NCBI GenBank assembly: GCA_028865615.1
Contig: JAGWJT010000001.1
Coordinates: 1,601 to 65,600 of the forward strand
DNA length: 64,000 bases
Source: Patescibacteria group bacterium
GTDB lineage: Bacteria > Patescibacteriota > Minisyncoccia > Phycocordibacterales > PALSA-1337
Direction: 5' to 3'
This document shows, piece by piece, positions 46,489 through 56,527 of the stretch. The notes under the pieces were generated by a model, which had not been told where the DNA came from, did not search any database, and worked only from the letters and a program-made list of their open reading frames with translations. The first letter of the stretch is position 1, and every line of letters starts with the position of its first letter. The translations under genes were made by a program, and so were the position numbers.

Positions 46489-46794
46489 ATGCCAAAAAAG
46501 ATATCAGGCGGCGTCGTGCATGCACTTCCGGCGGATTTGCGGAAGGCCCTTATGGCTTCCCCGAAGGCGCTAGCGGCATGGGAAGACATAACGCCGTTGG
46601 CGCGCAACGAGTGGATATGTTGGACCATATCGGTCAAGCAGGCTGAGACGCGCGAAGAGCACGTGGAACGAGTGGTATCGGAGCTCATAGAAGGCATGCG
46701 CAGACCATGTTGCTGGCCCGGTTGCATGCATCGGACGGACAAGCCATTGAGCCGATCGCAGAGATTTGTGCTTCGCGCACGAGCTAAGAAGTAA
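46489..46794 (+). CDS. YdeI/OmpD-associated (bacteriocin-protection) family-like small protein
   Basis: 101 aa; LPADLRKALMASPKALAAWEDITPLARNEWICWTISVKQAETREEHVERVV resembles the YdeI-family core; a TATAAT box (46476-46481) lies 8 nt upstream of the ATG. Confidence 0.5.
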   Translation: MPKKISGGVVHALPADLRKALMASPKALAAWEDITPLARNEWICWTISVKQAETREEHVERVVSELIEGMRRPCCWPGCMHRTDKPLSRSQRFVLRARAKK

Positions 46795-46818
46795 TAGGCG
46801 AAATAAATAAACAGCTAT

Positions 46819-47667
46819 CTATTTATCGCTATTGGCGAGCAACAACGCGCCGATGAGGCCGGCTCTGTCGCCTAGTTCGGCTACTTTCAGCTTCGGTGCC
46901 GTCGGAAAAGATTTTTCGGTCATTGCCTTGAATTTGGGGCGCAATACTTCCACGAAATGTGGAGAATCTACTATGGCACCGCCGCCAATGACCAGCACAT
47001 CCGGCGACCAGGCTGTTACGACGTTAGAAAGACCGGCAGCCATCACATCCGCGATATGATTCAAATCACCGTTATCTGTGATCTCCGACAGTCTTTTTCC
47101 GTATTTTTTCATAATAGCTTTGCCCGACGCCAGATCCTCGAAAGTCGATCCGGTCTTTGCGTCCAATATGGCTTTGCCGGGCTCCGAACCATAATGTTCA
47201 GCGTCCAATTCGCCATTTACCACCCTAGCGCCGCCTATGCCTGTACCGACTGTTATATAGCCTACGATTTTATAGCCTACTCCCGCGCCCTTTACGGCTT
47301 CACCCACGCATGCGGCGGCGGCATCGTTGTTTAAAATCACTCCCGTCGAGGGAAGCGCATCGGCAAAAGCATTGCCTATATCCGCACCATCCCAGCCTTT
47401 CAGATTTTTTGAGCTTAGCACCTTGCCGTCTTCATGAGTGCCAGCCAATGCTACAGATATTAAATTCACTTCCCTACCAGCGGAAACTTCTTTCGCCATT
47501 CTGTCCAAGAGATCTCGTGCCGCCCCAAAATCCTGCGGCGTATTTTCGACAGTTACAGGTCCTATAGTCTCCCCGTCCGCCGAATAAGCCGCCCGCATAT
47601 GCGTACCGCCGATATCAAAAACGACTGTTCCCCTATTCTTGCCGGTATTTTCCACGCCGTCATTCAT
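46819..47667 (-). CDS. ROK/BadF-type sugar kinase (glucokinase-like)
   Basis: Start at MNDGVENTGKNRGTVVFDIGGTHMR; DIGGT and the NDAAAACVGE...TVGTGIGG motifs of ROK/ASKHA kinases. Confidence 0.65.
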   Translation of the reverse strand: MNDGVENTGKNRGTVVFDIGGTHMRAAYSADGETIGPVTVENTPQDFGAARDLLDRMAKEVSAGREVNLISVALAGTHEDGKVLSSKNLKGWDGADIGNAFADALPSTGVILNNDAAAACVGEAVKGAGVGYKIVGYITVGTGIGGARVVNGELDAEHYGSEPGKAILDAKTGSTFEDLASGKAIMKKYGKRLSEITDNGDLNHIADVMAAGLSNVVTAWSPDVLVIGGGAIVDSPHFVEVLRPKFKAMTEKSFPTAPKLKVAELGDRAGLIGALLLANSDK

Positions 47668-48629
47668 GGGACTATGAGCTTCTTGAATTCCTCCACCAGG
47701 GCGGTCGAGGCCGGATCCTGGCCGGAAGCCTTGGCCGTGAAGTATGCAGTCCAATGAGATAGATATATAGAGTTAGCAAGCTTTTCGTAGTGGGATTTGC
47801 CATCAAGCGCTACTCCCATAACTTCACCTCCCCTGTCTTTGACCAGTCTCTGCATAACTTCCATGCGTTTTTTTATTTGCGGGCCATCTTCTTCGTCGGT
47901 CATATACATGATTCTAAATCTGTCAGCCCCGCCGGTGAACGACATCATCTCGTTGTGGTTGAGCTCGGAGAAAACGTTCCAGAAGGCCGCCGTCTTGCCT
48001 GTCTCATTCATGGCTATCTTCATGAATTTGGCCGCGAAAGTATTCCTCGATGAGGCATATATGAGCGGTATACTGCCCTTGAAGAAATCAGCCGCTTCCC
48101 TGCCTATCTTTTCCGCTAGTGTCATATCCGCCGATTTGGCTATGTTTTCAAATACTTGCGACTTCTCATGGTCGCCAAAGAAAACAAGCAACGCCATAGC
48201 CATCAAACCCGTGGCCATCCTCGGCTCAATGCCCCAATCGGGCAATACAATGTGCGGCAGGCCATTATCTTTGGCAAAGGTCTCGAGCTTGCCGCCTTTT
48301 GATATGACAGCCAGGGACAAGCCATTCTCCAATGTTGATCTGGCGAAATCTAGCGTCTCCACTGTGTTGCCGGAATAGGAAACAGCTATGTATAACCGCT
48401 CCGAGTCGCCATCTGGCAATATCGGCAAGCCATAATCTTCGTGTATTTTCAGATCTAGCGCGGGATACGCAGACTTCAGGAAATCGGCCGCCAGATGGGA
48501 GCCTCCCATGCCGCCGACCACAAATCGGCTGAATCTAGCGCCTGCGGCAAGCTCTCCGGCATTCTCGACGGTCGGCCGCCAAGCAAACTGGCCGGGCATC
48601 TTCTTTATGTCTTCTGCATATTTGTCCAT
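47664..48629 (-). CDS. bifunctional phosphoglucose/phosphomannose isomerase (SIS domain)
   Basis: 321 aa; GGMGGSHLAADF and SYSGNTVET SIS motifs. Confidence 0.65.
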   Translation of the reverse strand: MDKYAEDIKKMPGQFAWRPTVENAGELAAGARFSRFVVGGMGGSHLAADFLKSAYPALDLKIHEDYGLPILPDGDSERLYIAVSYSGNTVETLDFARSTLENGLSLAVISKGGKLETFAKDNGLPHIVLPDWGIEPRMATGLMAMALLVFFGDHEKSQVFENIAKSADMTLAEKIGREAADFFKGSIPLIYASSRNTFAAKFMKIAMNETGKTAAFWNVFSELNHNEMMSFTGGADRFRIMYMTDEEDGPQIKKRMEVMQRLVKDRGGEVMGVALDGKSHYEKLANSIYLSHWTAYFTAKASGQDPASTALVEEFKKLIVP

Positions 48630-48703
48630 AGATGTATGCCTCTCATTATAGACGATTTACTGGCGCCGCTCCAGGTGGTAGAGTGATTGCGCAGACAAGC
48701 AAG

Positions 48704-48793
48704 CGCCCGGGTGGCGAAATTGGTTATACGCGCAAGACTTAAAATCTTGTTTCCGTTCATTCGGAAGTGCGAGTTCGACTCTCGCCCCGGGCA
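48704..48793 (+). tRNA. tRNA-Leu (anticodon TAA), long variable arm
   Basis: Acceptor gcccggg/cccgggc, anticodon arm caaga-ctTAAaa-tcttg, ~19-nt variable arm, T-arm gcgag-ttcgact-ctcgc. Confidence 0.85.
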
Positions 48794-48816
48794 CAAATCA
48801 GCTCAAACGGCAAAAC

Positions 48817-49428
48817 TCAAAATGCAAAACTTTTGAGGAAGCTGCGGCGATGCATCTCGCTTGGACCAAGCTTCTTGATAGCTCCGTAGTGAGCCTTCGT
48901 ACCATACCCCTTATGCACCTCAAAACCATAGCCCGGAAACCGGCGCGACAGCCGCTTCATCTTGCGGTCGCGCAGGACTTTGGCGCATATGGAGGCCAGA
49001 GCGATGATGGCGTGCTTGGCATCGCCGTCTATGATAGTCCGCTGGTTGACATACCTCGACGGCGCATATAGCGAACCGTCGAGCATGACTTTGCAAGAAT
49101 AGCCGGGCGCGGCAAAACCTTTGGCCTCAAGCTTTTTCAAGCACCTATTGAGAGCCGTCCGTGTGGCACGAGTTATACCATGCGCATCGATAATTGCGGC
49201 ACTAGAGAATGACACCGCGTAATACACTTTGCCATTTGCCTTTTGAGTTTTGATTTTTCCAAACCATTCCTCGCGTTGAGCTTCAGACAGTTGTTTCGAA
49301 TCCTTGACGCCGCGAAACTCATTCAAGGCCTTTTCCGACTTCACGGCAAAAGCGCCCACCGCTATCGGCCCCGCCAACGGCCCCCGACCCGCTTCGTCGA
49401 TGCCTATGAAGAACCCGGTTTTTTGCAT
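48817..49428 (-). CDS. rnhB: ribonuclease HII
   Basis: 203 aa; GIDEAGRGPLAGP catalytic motif. Confidence 0.9.
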   Translation of the reverse strand: MQKTGFFIGIDEAGRGPLAGPIAVGAFAVKSEKALNEFRGVKDSKQLSEAQREEWFGKIKTQKANGKVYYAVSFSSAAIIDAHGITRATRTALNRCLKKLEAKGFAAPGYSCKVMLDGSLYAPSRYVNQRTIIDGDAKHAIIALASICAKVLRDRKMKRLSRRFPGYGFEVHKGYGTKAHYGAIKKLGPSEMHRRSFLKSFAF

Positions 49429-49478
49429 GCGTCAATTATACGCCGAACTGTCCGCTTTGCTATACTGGCACCATCGCC

Positions 49479-52400
49479 ATGGCTTCCCTATTTACCCATC
49501 TCCATACCCACTCCCACTACTCCCTGCTCAATGCCCTGCCCAGGATAGACGAGCTGGTGACAGAGGCCAAGAAGCTCGGCATGGATGCGCTGGCCTTGAC
49601 CGACAACGGCAATATGTACGGCACCATAGAGTTCTACAAGGCCTGCAAGAAAGCCGGCATCAAGCCCATCGTAGGCGTCGATTTCTATGTGGCCGCCAGG
49701 TCACGCAAGGACATGCAAGCAGGCATAGACAATCGCCGGTCACGCTTGGTATTGCTGGCCATGAATGAAACCGGTTACAGAAATCTCATACAACTCGTCA
49801 CCATATCGCACCTGGAAGGTTTCTATTACAAGCCGCGCATAGACCGAGAGCTCATCGAAAAATACAATGAGGGCCTCGTCTGCATCATGCCTTCGTTCAG
49901 CGGCGAGATCGCCCAGTCGCTCAAAGGCAGGAATCAGGACAAGGCAAAGGAAGTCGCCAATTTTTATAAAAGAGTGTTTCAGAAGGAGCTTCCGAACCTT
50001 CCGACTAGGCTCTTCATAGAAATAACCCGCCATCCCGAGATAGACGGGCACGAGCAGAACATGAAAACACTGGCCGACTTTGCTCGGGCGCAGGATATTC
50101 CTGTCATGGCCGCCCATGATGTCTACTACCTACACCCGGATGACCGCCAAGCCCGCGAGACTCTCGTGAGGGTCAATTCGCATATGGACGCATCCGACCG
50201 CATATCAGACGGCGACGAAGACGATTTCTCCTTCATATCGGGTGAGCGAGCCGAAGAACTATTCAGGGACATGCCCGAGGCGCTCGACAATACCGCCGCC
50301 ATAGCCGGAGCTTGCAACCTGGACCTCAAGCTAGGTACTTGGTTCTTCCCCGACTTCAAGGTGAAGAGCGGCCTATCAGCCGACGATGAACTTCACAGGC
50401 TGGTATTCGAAGGATTCGACAAACGCGGCGTAGAAAAAACCTCGGAGGCTGTATCGCGCGCCGAATACGAGCTCAAAGTCATACGCGACAAAGGCTACGC
50501 TCCGTACTTCCTCGTAGTGGCAGACCTGCTCCGATACGCCAAAGAGAACGGCATACTTTCCAACATCAGGGGTTCCGTGTCCGGTTCCATAGTGACTTAC
50601 TTGTCCGGCATCACTCAGATCAACCCGCTCACATATGAGATACCCTTCGAGCGCTTCCTGAACCCGGACCGCCCCTCGGCGCCGGATATAGACATGGACT
50701 ATGCCGACGATCGCAGAGACGAGATCATAGATTATGTCCGCCGAAAATATGGCCAGGACAAAGTGGCCCAGATAGGCACATTTGGCACCATGATGGCTCG
50801 TGGCTCCGTCCGTGATGTCACCCGCGCACTTGGCTTCGCCGTGGAGACGGGAGACCGCATAGCCAAGATGATACCAATGGGCTCGCAAGGCTTCCCCATG
50901 ACCATAGATAGGGCTCTGGCCGAGACGCCGGAACTCAAGCAGGCATACGATTCCGAGCCTGACACAAAGCGCATCATAGACATGGCCAAGAAGATAGAGG
51001 GCTGCGCCCGCCACATAGGCGTCCATGCCGCCGGCGTAGTCATAGCCCCGACCAAGCTCACCGACTATACCCCGCTTCAATATGATCCAAAAGGCGAAGG
51101 AAAAATCATTACTCAATACGATATGTATTCCATAGACGAGAATGGCGCTGGTCTTTTGAAATTCGACTTCCTGGGCCTGAAGAACCTGACCATCATAGCC
51201 GATGCTGTCAGCCGCATAGCAAAGATAGACGGTGTCTCGATAGACCTGGACAAATTGCCCATAGACGATAGAGAGACTTTTGAGATGCTGGCCAGAGGCG
51301 AGACGGCCGATTTGTTCCAACTGAACGGCGACGGCATGACCAGATTCTTGAAAGACCTGAAACCGTCATCGATACACGATATCAACGCCATGGTGGCCCT
51401 ATACCGCCCAGGTCCTATGCAATTCATCCCTGACTATATAGCCCGTAAGCACGACCATTCGCTCATCAAATATCTCGACCCCGCCATGGAAAAGATACTT
51501 GCCAAGACTTATGGCATCCTGGTCTATCAGGACGACTTGCTCATCATGGCGCACGACTTGGCCGGCTATTCATGGATAGAAGTGGACAAATTCCGCAAAG
51601 CCGTAGGCAAGAAGATACCCGCGGAGATGGCGGAGCAGAAAGAGAAATTCATCAAAGGCTGCATGAAGCACAGCAAATGGTCGGAGAAAAAAGCCAAGGA
51701 AGTTTGGAAGTGGATAGAGCCTTTCGCGGCATACGGCTTCAACAAGGCCCACTCCGTGTCGTACGGCCGCGTGGCCTACATAACCGCATACCTGAAAGCT
51801 CATTTTCCGGAAATATATCTGTCGGCGGTGCTGACTTCGGAACAAGGCGAAACGGACAAAGTGGCGGAGACCATAGCTGAATGCAAACGTATGGATATAC
51901 CCGTCCTGCCGCCGGACGTGAACGAGTCGTTCAGCAAATTCACGGTGGTCAAAAATCAATCGGGGTCGGAGACTCATGCTCCGCAGAACCAGGTGTCTCC
52001 TCGCCCGTCATCCAACCGAACAGAGACGGGCTCGGAGCACCCTACGTTCTCGCCGCCGCCAGTGGTCCAGACAACTCGTTCCTCCGCAGCGGCTCCGAAA
52101 GTTTCTGCTGAACATGAGTCTCCGACCCCTCCTTCCGCTCCGACCTATTCCGCTCCGGCTCATTCAAGCACATATCACACCATTCGCTTTGGGCTGGTCA
52201 CCATCAAGAATTTCGGCCAAGGCATATCGACGGCCATCATAGACGAGCGCAAGAAAGGCGGCCGATTCAAGTCCTTGGCCGACTTCCTGGAGCGCGTCCA
52301 TGACCGCAACCTCAACAAAAAATCCCTAGAGTCGCTCATCAAGGCCGGGGCCATGGACTGCTTCGGCCACGACCGCGGCGTCATGCTGGCCAATATCGAT

Positions 52401-52901
52401 CGATTGCTGGAATACAACAAAGAGAGTTCTTCGCGGCATGCCGACCAGGATTCCCTGTTCGGAGGCATGGCTGATCATTCATCGGTACCTTCCCTGCGCC
52501 TGGAAGAGACCGCCCCAGCCGAGATGCGCGACAAGCTCAATTGGGAAAAGGAGCTTTTGGGCCTATACATATCCGGTCACCCGCTCGACCGGTATCGCGA
52601 TATCATCCGGAAGAAAGACATAGACATCAAGAAGGCTCTGGAGACGATCAAGGAGGGCGGCTCGGCGGTCATCGCCGCCATCATAAGCGAAGTGCGCACA
52701 GTCCAGACCAAGAACAACGAGACTATGGCGTTCTTGTCTATCGCCGATTTCTCCGGCTCCGCCGACGCCGTAGTCTTCCCGCGCACTTATCGCGAGTACC
52801 GCGAGATCATAGTGCCGGACGCCTGCCTGGCCTTCAAAGCCATCGTCAACGAGCGCAACGGCGAAAAAGGGTTTGTTATAGAGAGGATGAAGAAACTATA
52901 A
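49479..52901 (+). CDS. dnaE: DNA polymerase III alpha subunit DnaE (PHP + polymerase core), with a ~54 aa low-complexity in-frame insertion
   Basis: 1140 aa; the PHP motif HLHTHSHYSLL and polymerase core are conserved; the insertion lies between FSKFTVVKNQ and IRFGLVTIKNFGQG. Confidence 0.9.
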   Translation: MASLFTHLHTHSHYSLLNALPRIDELVTEAKKLGMDALALTDNGNMYGTIEFYKACKKAGIKPIVGVDFYVAARSRKDMQAGIDNRRSRLVLLAMNETGYRNLIQLVTISHLEGFYYKPRIDRELIEKYNEGLVCIMPSFSGEIAQSLKGRNQDKAKEVANFYKRVFQKELPNLPTRLFIEITRHPEIDGHEQNMKTLADFARAQDIPVMAAHDVYYLHPDDRQARETLVRVNSHMDASDRISDGDEDDFSFISGERAEELFRDMPEALDNTAAIAGACNLDLKLGTWFFPDFKVKSGLSADDELHRLVFEGFDKRGVEKTSEAVSRAEYELKVIRDKGYAPYFLVVADLLRYAKENGILSNIRGSVSGSIVTYLSGITQINPLTYEIPFERFLNPDRPSAPDIDMDYADDRRDEIIDYVRRKYGQDKVAQIGTFGTMMARGSVRDVTRALGFAVETGDRIAKMIPMGSQGFPMTIDRALAETPELKQAYDSEPDTKRIIDMAKKIEGCARHIGVHAAGVVIAPTKLTDYTPLQYDPKGEGKIITQYDMYSIDENGAGLLKFDFLGLKNLTIIADAVSRIAKIDGVSIDLDKLPIDDRETFEMLARGETADLFQLNGDGMTRFLKDLKPSSIHDINAMVALYRPGPMQFIPDYIARKHDHSLIKYLDPAMEKILAKTYGILVYQDDLLIMAHDLAGYSWIEVDKFRKAVGKKIPAEMAEQKEKFIKGCMKHSKWSEKKAKEVWKWIEPFAAYGFNKAHSVSYGRVAYITAYLKAHFPEIYLSAVLTSEQGETDKVAETIAECKRMDIPVLPPDVNESFSKFTVVKNQSGSETHAPQNQVSPRPSSNRTETGSEHPTFSPPPVVQTTRSSAAAPKVSAEHESPTPPSAPTYSAPAHSSTYHTIRFGLVTIKNFGQGISTAIIDERKKGGRFKSLADFLERVHDRNLNKKSLESLIKAGAMDCFGHDRGVMLANIDRLLEYNKESSSRHADQDSLFGGMADHSSVPSLRLEETAPAEMRDKLNWEKELLGLYISGHPLDRYRDIIRKKDIDIKKALETIKEGGSAVIAAIISEVRTVQTKNNETMAFLSIADFSGSADAVVFPRTYREYREIIVPDACLAFKAIVNERNGEKGFVIERMKKL
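51965..52126. repeat. 162-bp in-frame insertion in dnaE bounded by ~17-bp inverted repeats (gtcggagactcatgctc / gaacatgagtctccgac); MITE-like
   Basis: 15/17 complementary; the length is a multiple of 3; translated as SGSETHAPQNQ...AEHESPTP (Pro/Ser-rich). Confidence 0.5.
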
Positions 52902-52903
52902 AT

Positions 52904-53284
52904 TCAAAGTGGTGTTTTATCCGTCCTATAATATTCTCTGAGTGAACTGAATTTATCGTCACGGACACCGAAAATTGCCACCTCATGCATGTCTATGCGC
53001 AAGTTACGGACTGTATCTGTGAAAATAGCATTCCATTCCGCGATGACAGTTTGGCCGTCTTCATCTAACCACAAATTCAACAGCTTGAATGATATGTCTT
53101 TCTGGGCACCGACAATTTTGCTTTGCCAATAAGCTTTTATGCCCTCATGATCCTTCTGTTCCCCTTCGCACGGATCGAAATAAGTGGCATCCGGTGTGAA
53201 TATAGTCAATATGAGATCTGCGTCTCGGTTGATCCAAGCTCTGCCATATGTGTCTATGAGAGCAACTGCTTCTTGTCTCGTCAT
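52904..53284 (-). CDS. SnoaL-like / NTF2-like domain protein
   Basis: 126 aa; pattern (AVALIDTYGRAWINRDADLILTIFTPDATYFDP) typical of the SnoaL_2/DUF4440-type fold. Confidence 0.45.
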   Translation of the reverse strand: MTRQEAVALIDTYGRAWINRDADLILTIFTPDATYFDPCEGEQKDHEGIKAYWQSKIVGAQKDISFKLLNLWLDEDGQTVIAEWNAIFTDTVRNLRIDMHEVAIFGVRDDKFSSLREYYRTDKTPL

Positions 53285-53295
53285 ACCAGATAATC

Positions 53296-54069
53296 CTACA
53301 TCTTCTCAGCCTCGATTGCCATGAACATCGGTATCTCTTTGCGGGCTTTGTCTTCGGCCTCCGACCGCGGACCTTTCTGACTCTTCCTGTGAGATATCCA
53401 CTCCTCCAGCCTCGTCACGGCAAAACCGGCTTTGGCAAGAGCCTTGAAATAGCCCTGCAAGGGCCTATGAAATGAGACTGTCATCTCCTTCGACTTCGCC
53501 GACTTGGCGCCTGGATTCATGTCTATCTCCGATCTGGAATCAGACATGTAGCCATCTATCCTTCTGTACTGAACCTTTCCCTCTTCATCCCAGCCCCACT
53601 CCGACTCCTTCGGTATGCGAAACGCGGGATGGTTAAGCACAAAGACGAATGAGCCGCCCGGCCTCAAGACGCGGGCGCATTCGGTCGCGACACCGGCGAT
53701 GTTCTCTATATTCTGCAATGCCAAGACGATGACAGCCGTATCGACGGATCCGTCAGGTATTGATGAAAGGCCGTCAGCCGGAGCAACACGATAATCTATA
53801 CCCGCCGACGGTTTGCTCTTTGCGGCTTCTATGAGGCTCTTTGATATATCGCATGAGACGACTCGCGCTCCGGCGGCCGCAAAGGTGCGCGAAAAATATC
53901 CCTGTCCGCAAGCGATATCCGCCACTGTCATGCCCGGCTTCGGCCCGACGATACGCATCAGATTCGGCAATATGACCTTAGCCTGGAATGAATCCTCCGA
54001 CCCTTCCAGGAGATCATCATACCATTCCGCCACATTTTCCCATGAAGTCTTGTCCGGCTTTTTATTCAT
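53296..54069 (-). CDS. class I SAM-dependent methyltransferase
   Basis: Start at MNKKPDK; motif I VADIACGQGYFS and post-I acidic residue (VVSCD). Confidence 0.75.
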   Translation of the reverse strand: MNKKPDKTSWENVAEWYDDLLEGSEDSFQAKVILPNLMRIVGPKPGMTVADIACGQGYFSRTFAAAGARVVSCDISKSLIEAAKSKPSAGIDYRVAPADGLSSIPDGSVDTAVIVLALQNIENIAGVATECARVLRPGGSFVFVLNHPAFRIPKESEWGWDEEGKVQYRRIDGYMSDSRSEIDMNPGAKSAKSKEMTVSFHRPLQGYFKALAKAGFAVTRLEEWISHRKSQKGPRSEAEDKARKEIPMFMAIEAEKM

Positions 54070-54111
54070 GGTCGTATTGTACAGGAAATATCTGATCCGC
54101 CACAATATCGC

Positions 54112-54621
54112 TCATTTGCGCGGATCAAAATCCTCCGTGAGCTTGATGGTCACCTTGCCCCTAAATTTGCCGCCTGGTCCCTTGGAATCAATACGCGCCA
54201 TGGCGTTATAAAGGTCGAATAATGCACTCGGCGACTTCTCCAGCTTGTACCGATTGAGCGAGTAGCCGCTGATGATATATTGCCTTAGCACGCCTGTAGC
54301 CCATATGCGGAATTGGGTGGCTTTCTTGGAGTTAACGCGATATCCCACTGCAATTATCACATCGAGGTTGTAGCAATTTACCTCCCTTTTTACCTTGCGG
54401 ACACCTTCGTTTTGAACTATCCGGAATTTCCGGATAGTTGATGCTTCATTCAATTCCTTGCTCTGAAAGATGTTCTGGACGTGCTCATTTACTGTACGCA
54501 CATCAACATCGAATAATTCGGCTATCTGCGCTTGCGTAGCCCAGATCGTATCCTTTTTTGTATCGGCCCTGAGCTCGATCTCTCCGCTTTCTCCTTGATA
54601 GATCACAATATTGTCTTTCAT
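54112..54621 (-). CDS. RhuM-family (virulence-protein RhuM) DNA-binding protein
   Basis: Starts MKDNIVIYQGESGEIELR; IWATQAQIAELFDVDVRTVNEHVQNIF and NLDVIIAVGYRVNSKKATQFRIWATGVLRQYIISGY match the RhuM family, which is usually found in mobile or integrated elements. Confidence 0.7.
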   Translation of the reverse strand: MKDNIVIYQGESGEIELRADTKKDTIWATQAQIAELFDVDVRTVNEHVQNIFQSKELNEASTIRKFRIVQNEGVRKVKREVNCYNLDVIIAVGYRVNSKKATQFRIWATGVLRQYIISGYSLNRYKLEKSPSALFDLYNAMARIDSKGPGGKFRGKVTIKLTEDFDPRK

Positions 54622-54840
54622 AATATTAAAATCGATTATGTTAATAATGAGCAAAAATGAACAAACACGTAACACGCGACGGCTATATGCGCCGCCAAAT
54701 TATTCAGTTGTAGTTCGTTTGTCTTGAATACCGAGAATCAGCTCACGTTCTGATGCAGATAATTGTATCAAAAATCTTCCGCCGCACAACTATTCATGCA
54801 AGAATTTTTGTGTCGTAAAAATAAACAATCTAGTAATCAT

Positions 54841-55509
54841 CTACTTCGCCTCGCCCGGCGCGTGCTCGGGGATGACGGGGCCGGGGGTTATGGTGCGCGG
54901 CAGGACCAGATGCGGCGCGGAGAAGAGCAGGACGGCGCTAACCAGCGAAGCTATGCCGGTCAAGATGAAGACGGCGTCGAAGCCCCAAAGGTTTGCGATC
55001 GCCCCGCCCACGAACGCGGCGATCCCGGACGCCACTCCTATGGTCGTAGAATCCAGCGACCAATCGAAAGCATAATGATCCTTGTCCAAATGTCGCGAGA
55101 ATATGGCCGACCAAGACGGCGTGTAGAGGCCATAAGCCAATGCCTGCAAGACGACCACCACGAACAGCCAGAACATGTTGTTCACCAATGGGAAGACTAG
55201 AGCCGTGAATCCGGCGGCGGTCAGACCGAGTATCAGGGCATTGAAATCGTCGCGCTCCCCCTCGTGTTTGTCCAGGAATATTGCCACGGGTATCTGCCAG
55301 ACGGCTTTGACCAGCCAGTACACGGCAAAGGCCGCGCCTACGGTGAAAGCGGTGGCTTCCGGCACTTTGGCTACTATGAAAAGGGCGAATATCGGGTTGA
55401 TGAGACCCCACCCGCCCCAGAAGAACAGGTCGGCCAATATCAGATACTTGACTATCCGGCCAACCCTGGCCTGCCTGAAGTCTAGCGGTATGTCTACTTT
55501 GAAGCGCAT
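54841..55509 (-). pseudogene. C-terminal half (6 TM) of an MFS-type transporter; N-terminal half missing
   Basis: 222 aa beginning in the central cytoplasmic loop; only ~30 nt separate it from the next upstream feature. Confidence 0.4.
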
Positions 55510-55542
55510 GGTGGATACATTCTATATCGGATCGACGCTTTA

Positions 55543-55878
55543 TCAAAACCGCATATCGTACCAATCCAGTCCGTATATTTCCTGGATCAGGATGCGTTCG
55601 CCCTTAGCCCAGGTACGATGGCCATTTAGACCCAAGAGAGCGATCGCGTCATTCACGCTCTTCTCGCTGGTACCCTCTATTTCCATGAATGCGGGCATTC
55701 CCGGATATTGGTCTATGTCGAAAGTCCAATCTCTGAACGCGAACGATGTCCTTATCTTTTCCTGATGCGCATATCTCTCCAATCCTATCTCCTCGAATAA
55801 GTCGGTCAGCTTATCCGACTCCGCTATATTGAAATTTATCTCTTTATGCTTCCTGGCCGTGCCTATGATGTCATGAAT
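55543..55878 (-). pseudogene. CYTH-domain (CyaB/ThTPase-like) C-terminal fragment lacking its N-terminal EXEXK half
   Basis: RTSFAFRDWTFDIDQYPGMPAFMEIEGTSEKSVNDAIALLGL matches the CYTH C-terminal blocks; an in-frame stop lies ~32 codons upstream of the TTG start; different frame from the adjacent NUDIX gene. Confidence 0.4.
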
Positions 55879-55889
55879 TTACGATCTAT

Positions 55890-56345
55890 TCAATGCGACT
55901 TCTTAACAAACTCATCTATTAATGGTAACTGGTATCCTACGATCTTGGATCTCGCTTCTTCGACGGAAAAGAATCCGGCGCGATCGACTTCGGGTATGTC
56001 TATTTTCTTTCCGGACTTTGGCGGCCATTCTATGGTTATCATGTTGCTGATTATCTTCGTCGGGTCGCAATCTCCCTCGAACATCCATGCGTGGACAGTC
56101 TTACCGGGTCTATCCGCAGATCCGATAGATACGAAATCCCCTTCGGCCGTCACGCCGGTTTCTTCCTTGAATTCCCTCTTCGCCACTTCCAACATCTCTT
56201 CACCTTCTTCCGTCTCGCCTTTTGGTATGCTCCATACCCCAATATCTTTATTTTTCCAAAAAGGACCTCCCGGATGCACCAACAAGATCTCTGGTTCACC
56301 ATTGACCATCCTATACATCAATAATCCCGCGCTTATCTTAGGCAT
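55890..56345 (-). CDS. NUDIX hydrolase
   Basis: 151 aa; Nudix box GETEEGEEMLEVAKREFKEETG. Confidence 0.8.
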   Translation of the reverse strand: MPKISAGLLMYRMVNGEPEILLVHPGGPFWKNKDIGVWSIPKGETEEGEEMLEVAKREFKEETGVTAEGDFVSIGSADRPGKTVHAWMFEGDCDPTKIISNMITIEWPPKSGKKIDIPEVDRAGFFSVEEARSKIVGYQLPLIDEFVKKSH

Positions 56346-56527
56346 GAAGAGAGTATATCATGCACACTTTAATCTACATAAAACAAGGAGAGTTTGGACT
56401 TCGCTTACATTAGCCAGACATCAATATAATTTTGTGTCAACTTGCAAAATCACCACAGCTTGATATCATTCACGCACAACTAGGACCCCGCGACAAATCC
56501 GCCGTATGGGGAAAGATCAGAAATGAT

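Noticed and set aside
48605-48796. 63-aa antisense ORF
   Set aside because: It fully overlaps tRNA-Leu(TAA).
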